From: Eledone cirrhosa
Taxonomy: Eukaryota
Reading direction: 5' to 3'
Assembly (NCBI GenBank): GCA_964016885.1
Contig: OZ024742.1
Coordinates: 78,492,001-78,556,000, forward strand
Length of the DNA stretch: 64,000 bases
Shown here piece after piece: positions 1-14,229 of this stretch. A model generated the notes under the pieces. It had not been told where the DNA came from. It saw only the letters and a program-made list of their open reading frames with translations, and made no database searches. Both the position numbers and the translations under genes were made by a program. Each line of letters begins with the position of its first letter. Position 1 is the first letter of the stretch.

Positions 1-1333
1 ATATGTATATATATATACATGTATATATGTATATATATATATGTATATATATATATGTATATATATATACATGTATATATGTATATATATATATGTATAT
101 ATATATATGTATATATATATATGTATATATATACATGTATATATGTATATATATATATATATTTAGAAACACACAGATACATGCGGACGCACACATATAT
201 ACATGAATGCATCCGCACCCAACTGTGAGTTAAGGGTGCCAACTTCACCGATGTTGCTCAATGAATGACTGGGACAGACCAATTCAGTTTGAACCAGACT
301 GAACCAGTATCAGAGTTAAAAATACATTATGAAGAGAGAAGAAACATTTAGATATAATTAGTAATAAAATGTATCATACCTAAACTGTTCCTAAATTCCT
401 CGACTACGTAGTTTCGTGGCATAAACAAAAACAATATATCAAAGATATAGAGTCCTTGCGAGGTCTGCCGACTTATCAAGAGGATACCTCATTTTACTAG
501 TCTCAAGAACGCGTCTACACGACGTGAGAAAGAATCTCAAAAGGCGGAGGGGGAGATAGTCACGCGATATAACGGTCGAGAAACAGAGCTAAGCCTCTTA
601 TAACCACGAAGAAAATACCACGGAGGCGGAGGGGGTATTCATATCGAGGCCGTAGAAGATATAGAAACCCCAGAGTTACCTCCCCGCATGCATTAACTCC
701 CCTTAGCCACACACACACTTCCGGTATTCAATGGCGTTTCTCGAAACGTAACAACCTCCTGTATCGAACTAAAGAACACCAGACTACGATCTCTAACTGG
801 ATTGTCGTGGATTATGTGAAAGGCATATAATCGAAATATACACTCCCTTGACCATGAAAATGCCGAAGTACATGAATTACTTGACATCCCTGCGCTGTGC
901 ATCTCCAATACTTATAACACTTTTAATGCTTGCACTATCTTTAATGCTTATAATATTTCTCCACACACAGACTATATCAATCATATAAAGACTTTGCCAC
1001 CAGATCTACCAACCTAACACTCTTATTTACCTACCTAAGTGCCTCTACCACACATATCTCTCTGCCACACTATATAAACAAGACGCACATGCGTGCCACA
1101 CATATAACATTTGCACTATATAACCACTTATCTTCATGTTGTACTTTAACCTATATCTTTGATTTTTGATTGTACCTATTAATATAAATGTAATCTCGAA
1201 GTGTGTACTGCCACTCTAAATTCTGTAATGAATGTTGACCCACAATGTTTGAATATGTATCAATGTTTGAATATGTATTGGTATGTCTCTCGGCTGAAAA
1301 GGAGGTCATATAACTGTCCATGCATTAATAAAT

Positions 1334-1380
1334 TGCTCCGAAGAATCCAAACCTCGGTTTGGAGGAAACAGCTGTAAGCA
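1334..1380 (+). ncRNA. Hammerhead-like motif with variant core (CCGAAGA)
   Basis: tgct CCGAAGA a-tccaaacc-tc-ggtttgga-g GAAA cagctg TA agca. Confidence 0.65.
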
Positions 1381-1590
1381 CAATAATGTTTTGAACAGTT
1401 CTTTGATTCTTATATTTCATATAACTGCTCTGTAAATCATCTGATGTTTTTACATTGAGCTACTTAACTTACTGGTAATAAGGTAGTAATACATTACTGC
1501 CTACCACTATTTAGGGTGTGTGTAAAATACTTACAACTGCTTAAGGTTTTGTGTTTACATAACCATAAATAGTATAACTAATACTATATG

Positions 1591-1697
<107 letters not shown>

Positions 1698-1768
1698 ATA
1701 TATATATATATATGTATATATATGTATATATGTATATATATATATATATGTATATATATGTATATATG

Positions 1769-1842
<74 letters not shown>

Positions 1843-1852
1843 AATATATATG

Positions 1853-1890
<38 letters not shown>

Positions 1891-1891
<1 letters not shown>

Positions 1892-2203
1892 CATCATCAT
1901 CATCATCATCAACGTTTAACGTCCGTGTTCCACGCTTGCATGGGTTTGGACGGGGGTAGTCCCACTTGAGGCAAGAGTGATTGTCTTGCTCGCATAGGAC
2001 TGTCTGGCAGGTTTTCTACAGTTGGATGCCCTTCCTAACACCAACCACATTTACAGTGTGGGTCTGGGAGGTTTTTACCGTGTTGCCTACACGGCCACAT
2101 TACAGCGTGGACTGTGTGTTTTTTTGTCGTGACACCTACACGATCTCATTTGTTTCGGCCTCGATAGCGCGGCACCAACATAACTTTACATAGAACGGGG
2201 TGG
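1891..2203 (-). mobile_element. RTE 3'-UTR-only (5'-truncated) copy
   Basis: Reverse complement aligns with 9690-9980, including the (GAT)n tail; sits within (TA)n. Confidence 0.85.
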
Positions 2204-2220
2204 TGTGTATATATGTATAC

Positions 2221-2500
<280 letters not shown>

Positions 2501-2527
2501 GTATATATATATATATATGTATATATG

Positions 2528-2596
<69 letters not shown>

Positions 2597-2597
2597 G

Positions 2598-2694
<97 letters not shown>

Positions 2695-2725
2695 GTATAT
2701 ATATATATGTACATATATATATATG

Positions 2726-2756
<31 letters not shown>

Positions 2757-3089
2757 GTATATATATATATGTATATATATATATGTATATATATATGTAT
2801 ATATATATATTTATATATATATATGTATATATATATGTATATATATATGTATATATATATATGTATATATATGTATATATATATGTATATATATATGTAT
2901 ATATATATATGTATATATATATATGTATATATATATATGTATATATATATGTATATATATATGTATATATATATGTATATATATATATGTATATATATAT
3001 GTATATATATATATGTATATATATATATGTATATATATATATGTATATATATATATGTATATATATATATGTATATATATATATGTATG

Positions 3090-3122
<33 letters not shown>

Positions 3123-3294
3123 ATATATAATATCTATGTATATATAGATTTTGAGTTTATGTTGGTTGTATACCAACACCTCAGTATGCAGGCTGGAGCA
3201 CTCGACGAAGTGCGCAGGTTGGTTTGGTTACTCCAGAGTAGTGTAAAATAAAGTTAAATAAAAGTCAAATGATTAAAATTTAGCTTCGTTTATT

Positions 3295-3349
3295 ACTGCT
3301 ATATATATTTCAGTGACAGCCATCTTTGGCTGTGACCTCTTCAGGCAGT
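3295..3349 (-). ncRNA. Minimal type I hammerhead ribozyme
   Basis: actgc CTGAAGA ggtcacagcca-aaga-tggctgtcact GAAA tatata TA gcagt: stem I 5 bp, stem II 10 of 11 positions paired, palindromic stem III, full core. Confidence 0.85.
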
Positions 3350-3580
3350 TTGAATTAGTATGGTATAGACAAGTACATATGTTGTTTAGGTGTATAATAT
3401 TGTCAATACTCTGATATGCCCAGTTCCTTGTTGGGTTGTTAATTCACTGAGGAACTGGAGTCATATATATGTATGTATATATATATATATATATATGTAT
3501 GTATATATATATATATATATGTATGTATATATATATATGTATGGATATATATATATGTATGTATATATATATATATGGAT

Positions 3581-3676
<96 letters not shown>

Positions 3677-3717
3677 GTATATATATGTATATATATATAT
3701 ATAGGTATATATATATG

Positions 3718-3754
<37 letters not shown>

Positions 3755-3824
3755 GTATATATATATGTATATATATATGTATATATATATGTATATATAT
3801 ATATATATGTATATATATATGTAT

Positions 3825-3855
<31 letters not shown>

Positions 3856-3893
3856 GGTATATATATATGTATATATATATATATATGTATATA

Positions 3894-3936
<43 letters not shown>

Positions 3937-4206
3937 GTATATATTTATATATATATGTATATATATATATGTATATATATGTATATATATGTATATATAT
4001 ATGTATATATATATACATGTATATATATATATATGTATATATATATACATGTATATATATATACATGTATATATATATATGTATATATATATATGGATAT
4101 ATATATGTATATATATATATGTATATATATATGTATATATATATATGTATATATATATGTATGTATATATATATATATGTATGTATATATATATATGTAT
4201 ATGTAT

Positions 4207-4409
<203 letters not shown>

Positions 4410-4414
4410 GTATG

Positions 4415-4474
<60 letters not shown>

Positions 4475-4569
4475 TATATATATATATACATACATATATA
4501 TATATACATGTATATATATATACATATATATATACATATATATATACATATATATATACATATATATAC

Positions 4570-4614
<45 letters not shown>

Positions 4615-5439
4615 CATATATATATACATATATATATACATATATATATACATGTATATATATATATACATACATACAAGGTGAGGAAGAAAGAGTCAAG
4701 TCCCAGAAATAGATGAATACAAGTTCTGTGAAATAGTGGACGAGAGAGAATAAAGACCATCAAACCTAGTCGAAATGTGAGCAAGGTAAGAATTTCACAC
4801 AAGTCAAACGGGAGGAAGAAGGAGTCTAGTCCCTGAATATGCGCTGAACATAAGTTCTGTGAAATCGTAGACGAGGGAGAAAAAAAAGGAACAACCAACC
4901 TGTTCAAAGTGTGCGTGAGGAAAGAATTTCGCACAGGTGAAACGGGAGGAAGTGGGAGAGGGAGTAGCAGAGAGAGAGTGATATGGATCTGTATGTTCAT
5001 GGATATGTATATATTTTGGTGAATATCTGTTAATGCATGTTTGTGTACATATATACATACATGTGTTTATGTGTGTGAGTGTGTGTATATATATATATAT
5101 TTATATGAATGTGTGTTTATGCATCTTTTTTATTATATATTTAGAATCTTATCGAAAGTATCCACCTAGATTCCTGAGAGTATGATATGATTTACTGAGA
5201 TTCAGCTACTATTTCTAATTAAGCAGGGATCTGATCAAAAGCATTTAAGCCAAGACCATCTCTTGTATATTAAAAAAAAATACATTAAGCAGCTACATCT
5301 GATTTTCAGTGACCCTATATGTGATTAGTTATTTTAGTTATTAATATAAAAAATCAGGTCACTAAAAATCAGTTGCAATATGTTGAACTTATGGAGGAAT
5401 GTCAGATAGCTCATAAAAACTGTATGTCAGTAGGAGAGA

Positions 5440-5620
5440 GAAAGACAGCAGATGTTCAGACAGGGCTCTGTAGTTAAGCAGTTTATTTTACAACCAAAAC
5501 TTTCAGATTCAGTTTCACAGAATGGCACCTTGGGCAAATATCTTCTACTATAGACACAGACCAAAGCCTTGTGAGTGAAATTTCGTAGACAGAAACTATA
5601 GAGAAAGCCCACCATATAGT
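5440..5620 (+). mobile_element. Old CORE-like SINE (family D)
   Basis: ggcaccttgggcaaatatcttctactatag...aaagccttgtgagtg. Related decayed minus-strand copies near 15720-15910, 19830-19990 and 61760-61920. Confidence 0.55.
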
Positions 5621-5721
5621 TGTGTGCATATGTATGTGAATGTGTCAGTGTTTATATGTACTGTTTGTTCATGTCAAGTAACCTAATATTTAAACTTGAA
5701 AATATAAGTACTTTGGTCAAT

Positions 5722-6064
5722 ATCATTATCATCATCATCATCATTTTACATCCGCTTTTCCCTGCTTGCAAGGGTGGGACGGAACTGATTCTGGCTTGAT
5801 TTCTACAGCTGGATGCCCTTCTTAACACCAACCTCATTTACAGTGAGTGTTGGGTGCTTTTTTGCTGTGGCAACTCCATGACCACTTTACAGTGGAATGA
5901 TATGGACCCCAGTCCCTATCATCTCATTTCTACAGCTGAGTAAACTGGAGCAATGTGAAATAAAGTGTCTTGCTCAAGGAAACAACACATCACCCAGTCT
6001 GAGAATTGAACTCACAACCTTTCGATTGCAAGGCCAATGCTCTAACCACTAAGCCATGTGCCGC
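5722..6064 (-). mobile_element. SINE family B, full length
   Basis: Near-identical reverse complement of 62321-62675. Confidence 0.88.
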
Positions 6065-7067
6065 AATATGATCAACTAAATTCCATTCAAGGCAATGCTC
6101 CAGCACGGCTGCAATCTAATGACTGAAGCTGATAAAAAATAAAAGCAAAATAAGAAGAATATGATTTATATGAAAAGTTCACAAGCATTTCAATGTAAAC
6201 CTTATAAACAGACAGAATTTCTTAAATTATATGATGTAAAGTTTACTCCTTACACCTGCTTCACTAACCAGTGAAAGTGTAATTAGATATTTGAGAAATG
6301 TGACCTGATACATACTGCTGTCACATTTAGGAAAAAGCTCATCCCTCAGTCATGTAATCCAACAGAATTTAGAATCTAAGAGTCCTTATAAAGGTATTTA
6401 TTAATTTATCAAGTGTCATAACTACATCTGTTCAGTGGTTATTTACCCCACACCTAGTAGATTAATTCATTTCACTCAAGTGTATAATAAATAATATAAA
6501 GTCATACATCATCACATGGCTACATTGATGTTTCACTATTCATAATCAGTCACTTTTATCAATTGGTGATTAAACCATATTGACCTTTTGGTGGTGAATG
6601 GAGGAGAGAGGGTAGGAAAGATTTATCATGTTTATTATGTCTTACACGACTAAATATCATCAGTAATGAAAATTACATGAAATAACTTTGAATATGAATT
6701 GAAATTAGGTCATAGAATATAAGAATCTCTCTCAAAATCTTTCTTCATTTTTCAACAAATTTTTCCGCAACTAACTTCTGAGGAGAATTTAGTTTCATTT
6801 CTTTCAATATTGGAACACCTATTTTTACAGCTGGATATTATTTATCATCAGGCTCAAGGAAAGCTGGCAACAGAACCAAGCTAGATGTGAAACTCAGGCC
6901 CTATTTCCAACTGCTCACTAACCCTGCATGAAACCGCTCCTGGTTTTAAATTGTTTATATTTATCTAAAAGCACTCCATAAGAGTGGCAATGTATTTGTT
7001 TTGAAAGGTTTTTTTTTATCATCATCATCGTTTAACGTCTATCTTCCATGCTAGCATGGGTTTATAG

Positions 7068-7122
<55 letters not shown>

Positions 7123-7148
7123 TGTAATAAACAACATAAGATAATTAT

Positions 7149-7207
7149 TTCATTTACCAGTGGTTTCTTGAAAGCAAACGAAATTTGCTTTCAGTCATCA
7201 GAATGAA
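7149..7207 (-). ncRNA. Minimal type I hammerhead ribozyme
   Basis: ttcatt CTGATGA c-tgaaagcaaa-tttcg-tttgctttca-a GAAA cca-c-tgg TA aatgaa: stem I 6 bp, stem II 10 bp, full core. Confidence 0.85.
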
Positions 7208-7374
7208 AAAACCTGGTGTATTTATTGACAGTGGATTTTAAAAACAAAAATATTATCTATATGAAAGTGAGGCTGGAAAAGGAAGAAGGAAAGGAAACAG
7301 AATAAATATAAAAGTAGATAAACACACATGCACACATATACATACACACATATATACATATATGTATAGATACA

Positions 7375-7424
<50 letters not shown>

Positions 7425-7426
7425 CA

Positions 7427-9980
7427 ATATAGAGGAACAGTGGGAATTCCTGTGGGAATTCCTGAAAGCAAACCTGCTGATGGCGGCAGACAAAGTCTGT
7501 GGCTGGAGCAGGCCTATAGGCAGGAGGAGAGTAACATGGTGGTGGAACAGTAAGGTGGAGGAGTCAATTAAGGCCAAAAAGCAGGCTTGGAAAGTATGGC
7601 GGGATGGGGGAAGTAGAGAAGACTATCAAGTGGCCAGGAGGGAAGCTAGGAGACAAGTGTACTTCGCAAGAAGGGAAGCAGAGGAAAGAAAGTTCAAGCA
7701 TGTTCTACAACGCGAGGACCAAAAACGTGAGGTGTTCAGGATTGCTAGGCAATGTGTCAAGGAAAACCGTGATATTGTCGGGGAGAAGTGTGTACATAAT
7801 GATGATGGTGTACTTGCCATCACTGACGCTGATAAGAAGGTAGCTTGGAAGTGTCACTACGAAAGGCTACTAAATGAGGAGAATAAATGGGAGAAAGACA
7901 GTCTCCCCCACATCGGCCCAATAGAGGGACCAGCAGTGTTAGTCGAAGGTAGTATAATAAGTAAGGCAATCAAAGATATGAAGACGGGTAAGGCGGCTGG
8001 GCCTTCGGAAATAGTTGCTGAAATGCTGAAAGCTTCTGGAACGGTGGGACACACCATGGTCACCCGGATAGTAAACCAAGTCATACAGAATGGGGTTGTT
8101 CCGAAGGACTGGCGTAGCAGCATCATCATTAACTGCTACAGGGGTAAAGGAGATGCCCTAGATAGGAGTAACTATAGAGGCATTAAATTAATCGACCAGG
8201 TCATGAAGGTCACAGAAAAAGTAATAGTTCAACTAATCAGAGAGAGAATTGATGATCTAGATGAAATGCAGTTCGGGTTTGTGTCAGGCAAAAGTACCAC
8301 AGACGCTCTTTTCATTGTACGACAACTACAGGAGAAGTACCTAGCTAAAAGTAAACCCCTATAGTTAGCTTTTCTCGACTTGGAAAAAGCCTTCGACAGA
8401 GTCCCCCGTTCCATTATCTGGTGGGTTCTTAGAAAACTAGGTGTTGATGAATGGCTTGTGAGAGCTATACAAGCCATGTATAAAGAAAAAGTCAGCAAGG
8501 TTAGAATTAACAACGAATATAGTGAAGAGTTTATCGTAAAAGTTGGTGTTCATCAGGGCTCCGTTCTTAGGCCCCTACTATTTATTATTGCTCTTCAGGC
8601 TATAACAGTGGAGTTCAAGACCGGCTGCCCATGGGAACTCCTATACGCAGATGATCTAACGCTCATAGCTGAATCAATGGCCGAACTAGAAAAGAAATTC
8701 CAAACATGGAAGCATGGCCTAGAATCAAAAGGCCTTAAAATTAACCTGTCTAAGACTAAAGTTCTAGTTTGTTGGAAGGAAAATAGGGCGCCGGTCCCAT
8801 CCTGGAAATGGCCATGCTCCGTGTGTAGGAAAGGAGTAGGTAGAAACTCCATTTTATGTACCAAATGCAAAGTATGGGTGCATAAAAGATTTAGTGGGAT
8901 CACAGGTAAGCTAACTAAGAACATAGATTTTATATGTGGCCGGTGCTCTGGTGCAATAAGTAGCAGCAAGTGCCCACATAATACTAGCTCATTCCATTGC
9001 ACAGATGGTTCTATAGAAATAGTGGACAGCTTCCGTTACCTGGGTGACAAAATCAGCAGTGGGGGGAGGCTGCTCTGAAAGTACAGTAACTAGAGTCAGA
9101 ACTGGATGGAAAAAGTTCAGAGAGCTTATACCACTATTAGCCGCTAAAGGATTCTCCCTAAAAATGAAAGGCAGGCTGTATGATGCCTGCATACGAACAG
9201 CAATGTTGCATGGCAGTGAGACCTGGGCATTGTGTGCAGAGGATATACGCAGACTGGAGAGGAACGAAGTTTGCATGCTCCGCTGGATGTGTAATAGTAA
9301 TATACGTGAACGGCAAAGCATAAACGAACTAAGGGAAAAATTAGAAATAAGAGGGATCAGATGTTGTTTACTCGAGAGAAGGCTACGTTGGTATGGTCAC
9401 GTGACGCGCATGAAAGACGACAGCTGTATAAAAAAGTGCAGGACAATAAAAATAGACGGTAGCCACGGAGTAGGCAGACCCAGAAAAATCTGGGACGACT
9501 TGATAAATTCTGACCTCACACACTTACACCTCTCCAAGACAATGTCACTGGACCGAGAGCTTTGGCGCTACACAGTAATAGAGAAGACCCAGCCTTACCT
9601 AAGTACAAAGTAAAACCTACTACAGTCAGTAGGCATCTCTAACAAAATACACCCCGTCCCACTATCCTCACCCCATCAACACCACCGCTTTCAATGTAAA
9701 GTTATGTTGGTACCACAACATCCAGCCCGAAGCAAATGAGGTCGTGTAGGTGTCACGACAAAAAAATTACACAGTCCACGCTGTAATGTGGCCGTGTAGG
9801 TAACACGGTAAAAACCTCCCAGTTCCACACTGTAAATGTGGTTGGTGTTAGAAAGGGCATCCAGCCGTAGAAAACCCGCCAGACAGTCTTATGCGAGCAC
9901 TTTTGCCTCAAGTGGGAAAACTCTCATCCAAACCTATGCAAGCGTGGAATATGGATGTTAAACAATGATGATGATGATGA
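7427..9980 (+). mobile_element. 5'-truncated RTE-clade LINE with few disruptions
   Basis: Three consecutive ORF pieces form one RT protein (KAAGPSEI, SNYRGIKL, QFGF..GKSTTDA, DLEKAFDRV, GVHQGSVL, YADD at 8644, FRYLG, RRLRWYGHV, GRPRK.W). It is broken by a TAG at 8362-8364 and a frameshift in the G-run near 9061. The endonuclease domain is missing. The 3' UTR ends in (GAT)n. Inserted into TA/CA microsatellite. Confidence 0.93.
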
Positions 9981-10080
9981 CACACATATATACACATACA
10001 CACATATATATATATATACATACATATATACATACATATTCATACATACACATACACACAAATACACAAACACACACACA

Positions 10081-10137
<57 letters not shown>

Positions 10138-10218
10138 ATAATAAAATTTGAAGACTAAAATCCAAAGAGGGTTCGATAAGGGTAAATATATATCAAATAT
10201 ATAAGAACCGTAGAGCAA

Positions 10219-10336
10219 ATATTTATTAAAATAACAGATTAAAGTTTAAGCAAAGAAACGCTGCTTTCACCCTTAACGTTAAGGGTGAAAGCAGCGATTC
10301 TTTGCTTAAACTTTAATCTGTTATTTTAATAAATAT
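10219..10336. repeat. 118-bp loopless palindrome
   Basis: Centred on cccttaacgttaaggg; one mismatched pair. Confidence 0.95.
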
Positions 10337-10435
10337 ATATATATATATGCAAAAGTTCTATTTAAATTGTTGGGATACAACAAGCAAATATTTTTATAAT
10401 TGATATAAAGCACTCAACAAGTATTTGGAGTAAAC

Positions 10436-10776
10436 ATACGATATTAACAAATGGAAGCTATATTTATAAAACCATATTTATTTCATTCTACATATTTCAA
10501 GGCCACCAAGTTAAATTATGGTGCTTTCGTCAGACAAAATATAATATAGATCAGTTTTATAAATAAATATTGACATACCTTTAAAAAATGCAACCATTAC
10601 TGTTGGAAGTTTCCGGATAGTTTTGTTAAGGGTATGTCAATATTTATTTATAAAACTGATCTATATTATATTTTGTCTGACGAAAGCACACCATAATTTA
10701 ACTTGGTGGCCTTGAAATATGTATAATGAAATAAATATGGTTTTATAAATATAGCTTCCATTTGTTAATATCGTAT
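10436..10776. repeat. Inverted repeat with about 150-bp arms carrying hammerheads
   Basis: atacgatattaacaaatggaagc... / ...gcttccatttgttaatatcgtat; about 35-nt spacer. Confidence 0.95.
10669..10733 (+). ncRNA. Minimal type I hammerhead ribozyme (inverted partner at 10479-10541)
   Basis: tattttgt CTGACGA aagcacacca-taatttaact-tggtggcctt GAAA tatgta TA atgaaata. Confidence 0.75.
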
Positions 10777-11160
10777 ATATATATATATATATATATTCAT
10801 ATACACACATATAATCATACATATATACACACGTACATACACACATATATACACGCATACATACGCACACACATATATAGATATATGCACACACACAATG
10901 AATTATCAGAAAAAATAATAATAACAAATAAAAATAAAAAACAATGGATGATGCAAAAGGCTGTCACATCAAAATAAAAATAAAAAATAAAAAAATATAC
11001 GACTTAAGAAAATAAAAATAAAAATTATTATAAAGTTGACAGCGATACAGGAAAGGACACAAATAAATAAACAAACACGCGTGGTAAGCAATACACACAT
11101 TTACACATACACATACATATAAATATATACATACACACACATATACATATACATATATAT

Positions 11161-11278
<118 letters not shown>

Positions 11279-11454
11279 AATAGTATTGCTAGAATTAACC
11301 GATATAAAAGGCACAGAAGCGAAAACCAACCAAACAGTGAGTGTGTTCTGTTATTAATTCTGGCAATACTATTACACAAATATGACCCTCCCTAAGTATA
11401 ACAATATTTGTTTCTACACACGATTTCATATCAAAAACCTCACAAAACTAATTC

Positions 11455-11637
11455 GGCGGTGGATTGGCAGTATCGGTAGAGGGTCGGACGCCATGCTTTC
11501 CAGCATAGTTACGTCCCTTTACGATCTGAGTTCAAATCCCGCCGAGGTTGACTTTGCCTTTCATCCTTACGGGGTCGATAAAATAAAGTACCAGTAATGC
11601 ACTGGGTAATTGCTGGCCTTGTGCCTAAAGTAGAAAC

Positions 11638-11643
<6 letters not shown>
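11455..11643 (+). mobile_element. tRNA-derived SINE family C
   Basis: B-box gttcaaatc; centre gccgaggttgactttgcctttcatccttacggggtcgataaaat. Differs from 30941-31130 at one position by eye. Confidence 0.88.
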
Positions 11644-11676
<33 letters not shown>

Positions 11677-12165
11677 AAAATACATAAATATTATATATAT
11701 ATAAAAATGAAAAGGTGGAAAGGGTAAACAAATAGTTGAGAATACGACAAATAATAAATAAATAAAGGTATAAAAGAAGTGTTCTTTGTGTACCACTGAA
11801 CAATTTAGGATTCTACAAAACTTGAAAGCCACTTCAACTTGCCTGAACTCCAAGACCGATCTCTTCAGTTGTTGTCCTCACCTAAAATCACATCTGATTT
11901 GTAACTGGATTGACATTCCTACGATTACTCAACCACCTTGAACTTCTTCTCTGCCCTCTACGCCTTACATCCACTACGATTTTTATTACTCTCTGAACTC
12001 ACTTTCTGTACTCTTATATTCTTTTTCTCCCTTATATCCCCTTATATTTAAACTTTTTCCTATGTTATTTATTTTCCTTATTCCCCCTTACTTTCTACCA
12101 TACCCTTTACATACCCACCTTTTTTATTTATAGATATTTATTTCTGTGTGTATCTATGTGTTGTG

Positions 12166-12214
<49 letters not shown>

Positions 12215-12996
12215 GTGTATATAATTATATATATCTGTATGCATAATTACATACAGAGTGATTTAATGTTTATTTCCATTGATTATTTGCTCTAGGAAGT
12301 TGTTGAGTGCTCTAAATCAGCTATAAACATTTATACCTTTATCTATTTATTATTTGTCGTATTCCCAACTATTTGTTTACCCCTTCCACCTTTTTATTTT
12401 TATATGTATATAATATTTATGTATTTTCTTAAAGAGTACTAAGAGTGGGAAATGAAATTTCGTTTCATTTTTTCCGTTTATATATATATATTTTTCCCCA
12501 GCTGCATTTGTCTGTTTCTCTCTTACTGCTTCCCCGCTCTCTCTCTGTTTCTCTCACCTTCTTTCTCCCCATCTGTCAGTTACACTTTCTCTCGACTGGC
12601 CTCTTCCTCGCACTTCCACTCACTCAATCTCTGCTTCTCCCATTCTCACTTCCTCCCGTTTGGCCTGTAGTGGGGTCTTTTCCTGCTCACACCTCACTCG
12701 CGTCGGACGGTCTGCTGTCTCTCGCCCACGAAATCCACACAGCTAAAGCTGATCGGACTCCCATCTGCTTGTTTTTTCCTATCTTTGCGTTGCTATCACT
12801 CTATGTTTGTTTACTGTCTCGCTCGCTTTGCGCGATTTACTTGTCCCAATAGCTTTATTTAGCTATTGCTCGCACCAACTGGAGGTATATGATTTTTAAA
12901 GCGATGAAATACCAATGACGGTTATAAAATCACTGATGAAGGACTATTTTTATCATATGTAACCCATGTGCAACCACGCAGTATTCTTTCTTCTCA

Positions 12997-13047
<51 letters not shown>

Positions 13048-13962
13048 GTGTGTGTGTATGTGTATATATATGTGTATATATGTATGTACATATATATGTA
13101 AGTGTATATATATATGTGTATATATGTATGTATATATATAAATATATATATGTATATGTGTGTGTGTATGTATATATTTATATGTGTGTATGTGTAAATG
13201 TGTGTATTGCTTACCACGTGTGTTTGTTTATTTTTTTGTGTCCTTTCCTGTATCGCTGTCAACTTTATAATATTTATTTTTATTTTCTTAAGTCGTATAT
13301 ATATATATTTTATTTTATTTTGATGTGACGGCCTTTTGCATCATATGGTTGTCCATTGTTTTTATTTTTATTTTTACTTTTTATTATTATTTTTTTTCTT
13401 ATAATTAATTGTGTGTGAGTATGTAGATGTGTGTACATATATCTATATATGTGTGTGCGTATGTATGCGTGTATATATATGTGTATGTGTGTGTATGTAC
13501 GAGTGTATATATGTATGAATATATGTGTGTATATGTATATATATATATATATATATATGCATGTGTTTGTGTATTTGTGTGTATGTGTATGTATGGATAT
13601 GTATGTATATATGTATGTATATATATATGTGTGTATGTGTATGTATATATATATATGTATGCATATATATATGTGTGTGTGTGTGCATGTGTGTTTATCT
13701 ACTTTTATATTTATTCTGTTTCCTTTCCGTCTTCCTTTTCTAGCCTCACTTTCATATAGATTATATTTTTGTTTTTAAAATCCACTGTCAATATATACAC
13801 CAGGATTTTTTTAAACCACTGGTAAATGAAATAATTATCTTATGTTGTTTATTACATAACTATTAAGGTCTGTAACCTACATAGAGCACTCTTTCTTCCT
13901 GGACCTTTCCAACAGAATTATTTCATTCTTTCACACACACACATATATATATATATATACAT

Positions 13963-14010
<48 letters not shown>

Positions 14011-14229
14011 TGTAAAGTGGTGTGTAGGTGTCACAAAAAAAAGCACCCAGTAATCACTATAAATGTGGTTAACATTAGTAAGCACATCCAACTGTAGAAA
14101 CCAAGCCAAAATCAGTTCTGATCTGGCATTTCTCACAATGGGACAACTCATCTAACCCATGCTACCATGGAAAAATTGGCATTATATATACACACACGTA
14201 CTCACACACACATATATATATAGGTATGT

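Noticed and set aside
680-920. Minus-strand reading VLRHFH...RRLLRFEK..GVN resembling a Penelope C-terminus
   Set aside because: No GIY/YIG motifs, contains stops, and the orientation conflicts with the adjacent cassette; too weak.
12933-12975. ctgatgaaggac hammerhead start
   Set aside because: No GAAA or closing stems downstream.
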